Source: Paraphysomonas bandaiensis
Taxonomy: Eukaryota > Protista > Chrysophyceae
DNA length: 64,000 nt
Direction of reading: 5' to 3'
NCBI GenBank assembly: GCA_965644295.1
Contig: CBFFRP010000455.1
Location: 1-64,000 of the forward strand
The position numbers and the translations under genes are program-made. This document shows, one piece after another, positions 36,601 through 46,800 of this stretch (within the stretch, counting starts at the first letter, position 1; the number at the start of each line of letters is the position of its first letter). The notes under the pieces were generated by a model. That model saw only the letters and a list, made by a program, of their open reading frames with translations. It had not been told where the DNA came from and made no database searches.

Positions 36601-37106
36601 GGGGGAAACTTCAAGTTCGAAAATTAGCCATGACAAGCTTAAAGAACACAGGTAGTACTGTGTGTATATAAGTTTTTAATTTGTTGTCTTAATTATACTT
36701 CTGTGAGACAGAGGGACTGTTTGCGTGGAAAAAGAACCCTTACGCTGTCATGACACTCGGCAGCGGGTCGAAATGGAAGTTTCGAACCGATGTTTTGGAA
36801 GATGCTGGTGTCGAAGCCTCCTGGGACTTAAATATATCTGGCAGAGTAGGAGAAGACGACATAACCCAGGAATTAATAATATGTGCGAAAGATAGCGACA
36901 GCAAGGGTGATAAAGTAATTGGACTTTCCCATGTTGATTTAGAACCTGTGCGATCTGGAGCTTCGCAATGGGTTGATATTCAAGGAGAAATAGAGGATGG
37001 TGATGGTAACTTTGCTGGTAAGTTTTCGGCCAGTTTACGGTACAGCAATGTGGGCAGTGAAGTTAGTACGGTTGAGATTGTTACGGTTGGGAAATCAGTT
37101 AATTAG
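27630..37106 (+). CDS. N-myristoylated EF-hand (calcineurin-B/NCS-like) protein with ~16 tandem C2 domains; about 20 short introns
   Basis: MGAIISS (MGxxxS); EF-like DFAGTGDMNRDEL and VSREEFVEWA; repeated GxLxV...LKNT|G..KQDPxV...ASW...V.D.D...D..IG...W..I.G; the ORF fragments are joined by GT-AG introns. Confidence 0.8.
31624..37067 (+). repeat. 1069-bp intragenic tandem repeat, ~5.1 near-identical copies (two C2 domains and two introns per unit)
   Basis: ORF starts recur every 1069 bp (31919, 32988, 34057, 35126, 36195; 32474...36750). Confidence 0.98.
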
Positions 37107-38052
37107 AATTCTTGTTACATGTCTTGTATGGTGTTGGCACTTGTTTTTTTATTGTGTGTGATTGCATGGAATTCATTTGTTAGCGGCAGAAGAATTAGAG
37201 TAAGTAATATATTGGTAGTTATGAGTGTATATATTTGCATTTGAGAGTTAATTTTTTTTCTGTGTTGATATTATATTGCGATACAGGATATGGAATGTAG
37301 ATTAATTTAGTGACATAAGCACCTCTCATTCCAAATTTGGATAAGCGATAAGCTAGCCTGATTTATTCAATAAGCTTATTCTTTAAGTCCATGTGGTCAG
37401 AAAGGGTTTTATTGACAATTGACCATTTTCAGATGATTAAGATCGTTGTAAGAGAAGTTTAAGTTAGTCAAACTAGATAGATTACTTTATTATGATTTTA
37501 TACACAATTGTGTGTGTTGTCATGTAACACATGTCAACAACATGATAAATTATTTCGTTCATGTCAACCACTGTTCAACTTCCGTATCTTGAATCGTCAT
37601 GATATAATACTTCAGTTTCACAGTTATAGCTATACAGCACCTTTGACTATTGACTACGTATTACTGTTTTTCACATTGTATTTAACGTATTCTACAGTAC
37701 TATCTTAGAGATCCATACGTATTCCAACAGGTTTCATTGTAGCATTATTAGTGACTGCTGGTAGAGAAGGAGGATTGGAGTCCATTACATGCTGGTAGAG
37801 AGTAGGTTGAGGAATGCACTATATTTTACGTTTACATGAATACTAATATGAATTATGCTCGTGAAACTTAGTGTAAATAATTTGTCGGCTTCTATAACCG
37901 ATATCAAATTTTCTCGACAGTAACACCACAACTTATATTATTACACTGGTATCTCGTGTAAGTTCTTTACAGAAGGCCTAAAACAAAATAAACAATCTAC
38001 TCTAATCGGCCCAACGCCACTGAACCAGGCACGGACCTAAATTTCACCACTA

Positions 38053-40035
38053 CTACACCGAACTCGTTTCTATAGGCGGGAAGAGTGTAGTTGCTAGTGC
38101 TTGTACAACACAGTTTGAAAGTATTGTGCTCTTCTCAGCCCTTAAAAGGGGAAGAATAATCGTACAAGCAACACGGATGAGTGTGTGCACTCTGACGAGA
38201 GAATCCCACGATGGCTCATCCCAACACATGCGCTTAACCCCATATAAAGCCACCATAAAGAAGTGGGTGGTAAGGACATCCGGTTTGGGAGTTAAACCGG
38301 ACAGTAAGCCAATTGGACCAGCAGCGTACAGACCACCTAGATTAAGGTACTCGAAGCAAGCCTGCCTGAGCCGCTGTCGAGTGGGATCTCCTCCGGGGGT
38401 GGAGAAAACAGAGTGCAGCGCGCAAGCCAGAACGTTTATCGTGGAAGCATAACACTTCCGAGATTCAAGAAACACAGCGTACCTCTCGAGAATCTTGTCA
38501 TGCAGCGCACACACACCACTGTCGTTCACATCCACTGTGGTCTGAAGCGATCCTGCCTTCCCCATTGTGAAGTCTATATCTGCCAGGAGTCCAGCTAAAG
38601 TCTCTGCATCTCTCAATGCGACAGTCATTCCACCACCTGTCAGAGGATGGCGCATATTCAGGGCGTCCCCAATAAGAAGAGCACCCCTCTTGAGCGGAGA
38701 GCTCGCAGGGAAGAACTTATTGGGCATGGACTTAATATCACTGCTTCGCGGCCCGCCTGGAGTAACCGCCTCAATGAAAGCTTGTCGGAAGCATTCAGGC
38801 ATCTGTGGAGCCACTTTAGATACCATGTAATTCTGCATTGATCCGTCGGCGATTGAGGGCATTTTGCCCAATATATCCACAAGAACCCTTGTCTCGGTAG
38901 GGGATATCTGATATATAAGGCACGGAGAAGGGTCGCAAAGAATCACATGACCATGTTGTGGATGCGGGACAGGGCTTTTCATGGCGGGATGCTGAACCAC
39001 TACTCCCACGAACGTCGAGGCTTGCTGTATCTCTGACGGTGACAAGTGTTTACGCTGAGAAGACCATATTCCATCCGCCACAAGCGTTAGACGAGAGTGA
39101 AGCCGCTTGACCTCATTCCCTCCTTCCGGCAAAGACACTTTGTATTCCACACCTGTAATGATGCCGTTTTCCTCCAGTAGCTTACTCACTGTACCCTCAA
39201 TGACATTTACAGAGGGGTGCGAGATAGCTTTCTCGCGGAGTCGTTGCACAAATCTCGAGTGATGAAATGAGCGTCCGAGTGGCCTCTCCGCACCCCCTGA
39301 ACCTGCATCGGCTTGTGGAAGAATCCCGAAGTACTCACTGGCTGTTCGCGGGTCCGATTCAGGGTACTTCAATACTTGTGTCTTCGGACGACCCGCGGAG
39401 TCACACAGAGACGGGTCAATTACGACATAACCGTCCACTTGAATCGACCCGATGTTCTCTTTGGCACACTCACTCAAACCCATTCGTTCAAGTGCTCGTA
39501 TGCCACCTGGCTGCAGAAGTTCACCAACTATCCTATCCTGCTGACTGAGATCTCTTTCGATTAGAGTCACAGCATGCCCCTTATCAGCCATTGCTAATGC
39601 AATCGTACAACCAGCACATCCTCCACCAACTATAATAACTCTTCCTACCGAATCAATGGGTTCAGATGCACCCTTACCACTCATATTCGAAGAAATATCA
39701 CCAGTAACATCATCTAATACAGATGACGCCATAGCGATACCAAAGAACCCAAAAAAATATGTTAAGGACATAATAATGCCCATAGTTGGCATAATAAACT
39801 CAAATAGATCCGTTCTAATAATTCCGTTCCAATCAGCAATGAGTTTAAATACAGATAATATAAACATTATTACTGCAATGATATTAATTGATTTGAGTCT
39901 GTTTATGTGAGCTGTCCACTCCGATTTGTTTCCGTTACTTCTGCCGAATATTATAATGAGGATCGTACCGGTCACTAGACTCATAAAACATGATGAAAAA
40001 TGCAAAGATATCCATTGAAGGAATTGTTGTTGCAT
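38053..40035 (-). CDS. SQLE: Squalene epoxidase (conventional FAD type) with an N-terminal multi-TM extension
   Basis: IIVGGGCAG, DRIVGELLQPGG, GRSFHHSRF, ADGIWS, GDALNMRHPLTGGGMTVA, STINVLA. Confidence 0.95.
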   Translation of the reverse strand: MQQQFLQWISLHFSSCFMSLVTGTILIIIFGRSNGNKSEWTAHINRLKSINIIAVIMFILSVFKLIADWNGIIRTDLFEFIMPTMGIIMSLTYFFGFFGIAMASSVLDDVTGDISSNMSGKGASEPIDSVGRVIIVGGGCAGCTIALAMADKGHAVTLIERDLSQQDRIVGELLQPGGIRALERMGLSECAKENIGSIQVDGYVVIDPSLCDSAGRPKTQVLKYPESDPRTASEYFGILPQADAGSGGAERPLGRSFHHSRFVQRLREKAISHPSVNVIEGTVSKLLEENGIITGVEYKVSLPEGGNEVKRLHSRLTLVADGIWSSQRKHLSPSEIQQASTFVGVVVQHPAMKSPVPHPQHGHVILCDPSPCLIYQISPTETRVLVDILGKMPSIADGSMQNYMVSKVAPQMPECFRQAFIEAVTPGGPRSSDIKSMPNKFFPASSPLKRGALLIGDALNMRHPLTGGGMTVALRDAETLAGLLADIDFTMGKAGSLQTTVDVNDSGVCALHDKILERYAVFLESRKCYASTINVLACALHSVFSTPGGDPTRQRLRQACFEYLNLGGLYAAGPIGLLSGLTPKPDVLTTHFFMVALYGVKRMCWDEPSWDSLVRVHTLIRVACTIILPLLRAEKSTILSNCVVQALATTLFPPIETSSV

Positions 40036-40687
40036 GATTATAGTTTAATTTCGTTTAATTGATGATAGAATTATGTTAATATTATTGTAGAGTGTCTTTA
40101 ACGTGAAATCCTATATGTTATCTGCATATACGTATATATCCATATATTCTCAATCCATCTGCTGACTTGAACCATTTTGGCCCATCCATTAGATGCAAGT
40201 ATACCCATGGTATACGTTGTATATACAGCTATATCTACAAGAGTTCAACATCAAGTTCAATAATAGGAAAAAATTTAGAGTTTTGTTTGGAGAATATAGG
40301 GGGTTTTGGAGAGAATAATTGGGGTTTTGGTTTGTAAGCAGTATGTATTGCTGTATGAAACTCTCTGTAGACATCATCCGGTTGACGTTGTGTACTACGA
40401 CATACATACAGTACAGAACTACTGTATATATATACCCACAAAGACTGCTGTATATGTATACGAAGTGTATACTACTGCTGTACATACATACTCTGTATAC
40501 ATGTCGAGTGATACGAAGACGAAGTGTCACCTAATTTCAATGATCTTCACACACACACATACATATATCTCACTATCTTAACCACTACACACATACACCA
40601 TATACATACACTACCCTCTACACTAATCCTTATATACATTTCACATACCCCTTCAAGATATAACTCATCTATCCACTTCACTATATC

Positions 40688-42277
40688 ATGCATACAGTCT
40701 CTACACCACAACACATATACACACTCCATCAACTAGTCAGTCAATATAAGAACACATATACATATATATCATCTCAGAGTTTACATAATAAACAAACCAT
40801 TCAATCAGTTCTTATATACATATATAAAAACATATCATCTGATTTTATTTTACCTTCGAAATCTACTTGTTATATGCACCATATAAACCTATGGAATCAC
40901 ACGTATATTGCCCCACTTATCGATCACTTCTATCAATTAAATGAAGATACTACAACTTATACTCTATATACAGTATATCCTTACAAAGATAGATGTATTA
41001 CTATATCCAATCAAATGACTACGAACTCTATTAATAGAACTGTTACGTATGGTGTGCCTGCATTAGAGACCCCTCATATAGTGTCCTTATATCTTACTCT
41101 AATAGATGTACTTGCATATATTCATAGACAAGACAATCGTCCATCTATACATGAAGATATACGACCAGATAATATGATTATACGTGATAATGGAGATGTC
41201 TTATTTGCTTCAATGGGAATGAGTGGTGCCATAGAATCGGGTTGGAATAGCTTCAGTGCTCCTGAGTTTCGAAATGCAAAAGGTGATATGGAAAGAACTG
41301 CTCAGTGTGAGGCGATGGCTGATATGTGGGCATGTGGGGCGACTTTACTGTATGCTGCATGTGGTGCTGTTGCTGATTTTTACAATAAGACAGTGTGGGC
41401 GGAAGGCTCTGGTGTGGACAGTGATGCTGTGGCAGTAGCTGTTCCTGTTCCTGCTGAAGATAATGGTGGAGGGTACGTTACTGTTGGTACAAATGATATT
41501 GACAGTGTTGGTTGCGGGATGCATGAGTGTTCATCAGTGCTGAATGATGTACTCCGTCGCCACTGGGCGGAAATACCCTCCGCAGAGATGTTGTGGGCCA
41601 CAGTTCCTACCCCTATCAAAGTAGCCATCGAGAAGTGCTTGCGACTTGATCCGTCGGAGCGTCCTTCTGCCGCTGAACTAAGACAATGCACTGATTACTC
41701 TGTTTTTCTCAGAATGGCCAGTCGGAAGAATCACTCTGATGGTAATGATGTTGATATGCTGGAAATAAAACTGAAAGAAGCTCTTGAGCGGGCAGAAGCT
41801 GCCGAAGGAGCGCTACAACGAGAAAGAGAGGCAAGGGAAGTGGCAGAGGACAAGCTACGTTATGAGATAGAACGCCGCCGAGTTGCTGAGGATCGTGCAG
41901 GAGTGATGGAACTTGAGGTAAAGAGACTGAAGGAGAAAGAGCGGGAGCGAACAGAGGCTGTATATGGCTTACAGGAGTCCTCGTTATTGGCGCCTTCACT
42001 TCCCACTCCTCCCCCACCTCAAAAACAGAGTAGTATAAGCCCCCCTCGTGCAGATGAATCCACTCCTCGCCACCATCCCGCATTTTTCGAGGGAGAGCAG
42101 GGCTCGTGGATGTGCTGCAACAGAAGGGGACGTACCACGCCAGGGTGCCAAACAGGAGACGTTCGTCATCATCCAGGGTACTATGACCCCTACTCGGGAG
42201 GCCGCTTTGGATGCTGCCAGGGAGGGTGGAACTCCCCGGGCTGTACACCAGGGGAGCAGCCACGTCCTTATCGATAA
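40688..42277 (+). CDS. Pseudokinase + coiled coil + two Btk-type zinc-finger-like motifs (start uncertain)
   Basis: IHEDIRPDN, SMG at the DFG position, SAPE, DMWACG, CLRLDPSERP; HHP...CC...PGC twice at the C-terminus. Confidence 0.7.
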   Translation: MHTVSTPQHIYTLHQLVSQYKNTYTYISSQSLHNKQTIQSVLIYIYKNISSDFILPSKSTCYMHHINLWNHTYIAPLIDHFYQLNEDTTTYTLYTVYPYKDRCITISNQMTTNSINRTVTYGVPALETPHIVSLYLTLIDVLAYIHRQDNRPSIHEDIRPDNMIIRDNGDVLFASMGMSGAIESGWNSFSAPEFRNAKGDMERTAQCEAMADMWACGATLLYAACGAVADFYNKTVWAEGSGVDSDAVAVAVPVPAEDNGGGYVTVGTNDIDSVGCGMHECSSVLNDVLRRHWAEIPSAEMLWATVPTPIKVAIEKCLRLDPSERPSAAELRQCTDYSVFLRMASRKNHSDGNDVDMLEIKLKEALERAEAAEGALQREREAREVAEDKLRYEIERRRVAEDRAGVMELEVKRLKEKERERTEAVYGLQESSLLAPSLPTPPPPQKQSSISPPRADESTPRHHPAFFEGEQGSWMCCNRRGRTTPGCQTGDVRHHPGYYDPYSGGRFGCCQGGWNSPGCTPGEQPRPYR

Positions 42278-42300
42278 CTTGAAGTTATGATGTAATAATT

Positions 42301-42360
42301 GCCTCGTTCCGATGGCGTGGCCATAGTGTCGACTGGCTAGTACACTGACTGGTTGTATAC
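42301..42360 (-). repeat. Family A distal fragment (inverted)
   Basis: Reverse complement matches 51273-51327 (CACTATGGCCACGCC.TCGGAA). Confidence 0.6.
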
Positions 42361-43442
42361 AATGGGCTACGATTAGGAGCAGGCTATATGCACATGAGCT
42401 ACGTCGAGAACGCGTGAGACTCTCACCAATGATATATGTTGTGTGTATGCTATCGTCAGTTCTATGTTTGTGCATGTATTGTATCACACTGTTAACATGC
42501 TTGTTAACACACACTGAGGACGAGGGACGGCCGGGCGTTCTGAGCCAGTTAGGCATCCCACCTGCGCCGGGGGGGGCGCTTCGTCTCGTAATAAAACAAA
42601 ATTCTATTACTCTTTCTTTCTCACTCTAAGTTATTATATATTATATATTTTATAACTAGCTTTAAAATACTCTTCTATAATAATATTAAAAAGCTAAACT
42701 TTAAAAATATAATAAAATTTATCCACTGAAAAAGAAACACTACCAACTAACTAGATAAAATGGATAATACTTCAAAGGATTTAAAATGATAAATATAGTT
42801 GTTTGAGAATAAAAACATCTATCCGAAATATCCACATGAATAAAAGCATAAAAGGCTTGGAGATCATGCTTGAACAAAAACTAAGAATGGATAATTGATT
42901 TAGGCTCTAGGCTCTATGATGTGGTGTGACTTTGTGTACATAAATAGTTGAAGACACTCGTGCAACAAACAATACAAAAAGTAGTTTTAATAAAAAGGCT
43001 TCTATGCCATATCACACTGCATTGGTCATGATTCTTCTCTCGCTGCAGATAGAAAGAATCAGATATCAGTAAAGCACATATATGTACATCCATACATCAT
43101 CATCTATACAACAATGCATATCATCTACATCCAATGAGGAGTATACTAGGAACAATGGAGTTATATGATTGGATTAAATGAATAGTATAGTATCTTCTAC
43201 TAGCTGCAATGAACAGCACTGGACAGCACCTACACCTGCACACTCTGTACGACAAAAGTATGAATCATAAAAAACACATTTTTATAGGTAAAACCCATGT
43301 TTTTGTAGGAAAACCGAAGAACAAAGTTTAAAATCATCTAAATTCGTACACTTTTCTTGTGTCCAATAATTTCCTAAAATATAATTCCTTCCATATCTTC
43401 AATAGTTATTTTCAGTTTACTATGTAGTATAATAGTATGATA

Positions 43443-43587
43443 TTGTATATTTTTGTTCAAAAATGCCTCTAATATTGAGACAACAATTATCTGTATTTTA
43501 GCCGTAGTTGTATTGAAGTAATATAGAGAATATTTGCTTCAATTAATTCCCGAAAAAATAAGATGCTGACTGTCGATACGTAAGATA
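43443..43587 (+). repeat. Family M, copy 2
   Basis: Aligns with 11466-11600 and 53101-53250. Confidence 0.8.
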
Positions 43588-43848
43588 GTGAACCCAATGA
43601 GCTTATGAGCCAATGAGCATCAATACATGGTTAAACACTCTTGCTTTTGGTTGTTAGAATGTCCAGAATTGGATAAAGAACAATGAAATTACTAGTATCT
43701 ATAATAGATATCATGGAATATAGATATGAGTGTTTCTATATGTTATTATCATGTATATATAGTTCTATAGATAGAACCTCATCACTCTATCATCATATAG
43801 ATAGATATAACCATCATTACTATAAGTTTCTATACTTTAATTCATTGA

Positions 43849-46800
43849 ATGATGAGAATGATCTTATTATTACTGTATATGATGGTATTCATAGGCTCAT
43901 ATACACATGGAGATGCATATGATGCATATACATACCATTCCCCTCGTTCATACAGGCCAAAACAATCATTTCGTGGTATCAATGAACTCAATCATTATAT
44001 ACAAGATGAAAGACGATATACACATAGTTTAAATCATCATACAGGTGTACGTATGAACTATGATGTTACTGTACGTGAAGGTGTCTATCAAATCGATCAC
44101 GATGAGAATATTATACATATTAACTGTATAAGTAATGAAACTATACATATTCATTCATTACATCCAAATCAATTACATCAAAATCTTATGGAAATGAAGT
44201 TTATTGTTGGAGATGATACATGGGGATGTATTAGTGGTCGATACACTGATATGCGAGAAGAGCCTCTTTATCGCAGTATTGAAAGCTTATCTATGGATGG
44301 AAATATGGTGATTCTATCAACATTTATTGTGCCATTTACACATCTATTTGAACGAAGTAGTATTCGGCTATATATTCCGCCACTTGTCAACTCTGATAAT
44401 GGTGGCATTCGTACAGAAGGAAAAGATGATGATGAGTCCTGGTTCGCAAGATCAGAATCGGAGACCTTTAACTTTAATTACGACGAGAGTACAGGTCGAG
44501 CGGAGGATGGTTCTATCGATATCCCGTACACATCCGGTACTTGTGTGTGCGAGCAATGTTACGCCTATTTCACGCCAGGGGTTACTTTCGAGATGGATAT
44601 TGACTACGCTTACTATTCGTTCCCGTATGTCGACTACTTAAAGATGCTGTTCACAGGAGAAGCTGAGATTAGTGCTTATGTTCGATTAACTGCACCCACG
44701 GAGGGAAAGAGCGACGAAATTGAACTGTCAAGAGTGTTTAATATGGGTGCCTGGACTTTTAATGTTGGTATTGTACCACTCGTTATTATTCCTAGATTTC
44801 AGCTCCTAGCGCAATTCGAAGTTGTCGAGTCCACATTAGACGCCTCTTTGTTCGGCGGCTATACTGCATCAGCGAGTGTTGAATACGGCATTGAGATTGC
44901 TGATTCGGATGGAGAAGTCAACGTGATTGAAAGTGACTCTTGGTCGTACAGCGGTACTCCTCTCTCGTTGTCGTCTTCCAAGAGCGGTGGCACCTTCAAT
45001 CCACGCATCTATATCATCCCCCGCTTGTACATGTCTCCCTATGGAATTATTGACTTCTATGTGGACCCGAAGCCTTATTTGGGTGTAGAGATATGGGACG
45101 CTGCCTCGGGTGAGCCAGATAATTCTAACCCAGGTAGTAGCAGCGTTTACGACTACAATACTGCAGATAAACCATCCAGACCTTCCAACCCTCCTACTCT
45201 TGTATCAGTTACCCAGGGTACTATCCTGCTTGCTCTTACCGCACCGGCATCAGATTACGAGATCACTAGTTACGAAGTCAAATACACCTGTGGTAGCTGT
45301 TGGTATGCGGATTCATTTACACTTAGCTCTATAGGATTTTTTGAGCGCTGGTCTACAACCACTGCGGAATATCCCAACATAGAACCTATATGGGTAGTGG
45401 ATTTAGCTATCCAGATTGAAGATACGCAGTACGATTCTAATGAAATCCTTTGTGCTGATAAATGTAGGGCGTATGATAGTTGTGTACTTTTCACCTTCAT
45501 CAAGAGCTATAATTATCGCTGTATGTTGTACGATACTACTGACCCTGGAAATAAATACGGGGAGAGTTACAAGTGGGGTGATTTATACGGAGATGCCCTG
45601 ACGTACGAGTTGTTGGGCAATGACGACAGTGGTCGCACTTATTATGAACTTCGAGATGGAGATCTTCTGGGATTTACTGCTGAGGGAGATAATGAATCTG
45701 AAGAGACGATTCATATTGATGTGAGCGACAATGACTACGAAATTTGGTACCGTGCATATAGTGCCAGAGGATTTAGCGAATGGAGCGATGAACTGGATGT
45801 GGAATTGCAGCTTGACGGATCCTTATCACTACTGTACAACTACAAAACGTTGAGAGTGCATATTACAACGAATATTGCTGTTGGCGAAACGATTATGGTT
45901 AACGTGTATGAGAACCATTATTCTGATAACAATCTTTACGGCATCGATTATGTCTATCAGGGAAACTCTTATCTAGATCTGGATATGACTACTGTATACA
46001 GTAATGATCCTGTTTATGCTATCGATGGTAATACTCAAGAGGTATACGTGAAGTTTGAGTATGGAGATTTTTCAAAGTCAACAAGTCAAATTACTTACTA
46101 TCCAGTCAGTTCTTTAGAGTATTTTACCACCACCACGACTAAACTTAAGTTTGAGTTTTACGCAGATCCTGCGTTAGTCTCGGAAATTAAAATATACTCA
46201 AACACCGGGTGGATGTATCCTCTAACCCCTGTTACCTTCACCTTTGACCCTCTCAGTAGTTACTGCGACAGCAGTCATTTTTGTACTGTTTCTTGTACCT
46301 GGTATAATGACCACAATAAGTGGTCAGTAGATGCGTACGATGTTGATGGCAATAAGGCAGATATAACTTTTTTCGAGTATGAATTAGGTGCTTCAGCTCT
46401 TACTCTGCGTGATCGTGAAAGCAATGGAGGAGTAATTAGTGGTGGTTCTACTCCAGTGCGACGATTTACAACAGAATCAGATTCCCAGGCTCTTCGTAAC
46501 AATAAAGTGCGTACTGAACATGGTCCAGCATCGTCGGGACATTCAGTTCCTACATCGTTTGGTACAAAGCAGTCCAAGAGCTCATTGTTTCCATTCTTGA
46601 GTGAAGATGCGTCATCTACTTATACGTCGAGTATGTCTCGAGCATCCACGCTCGATTCACGAGGGAGGTCATATAAGCATCAGCAGATTAAAGGATTTCG
46701 CCTGGTCGGGAACGGCAAATCTAATAATTCACTTTCAAGTGAAAATGTACACAATGGACGACAACTGGCAAGTGATACTTGTGCTTCCTCTGTCAATGGA

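Noticed and set aside
42514-42600. Hammerhead ribozyme (CUGAGGA followed by a CGAG/CUCG stem)
   Set aside because: No GAAA after stem II and no stems I/III.
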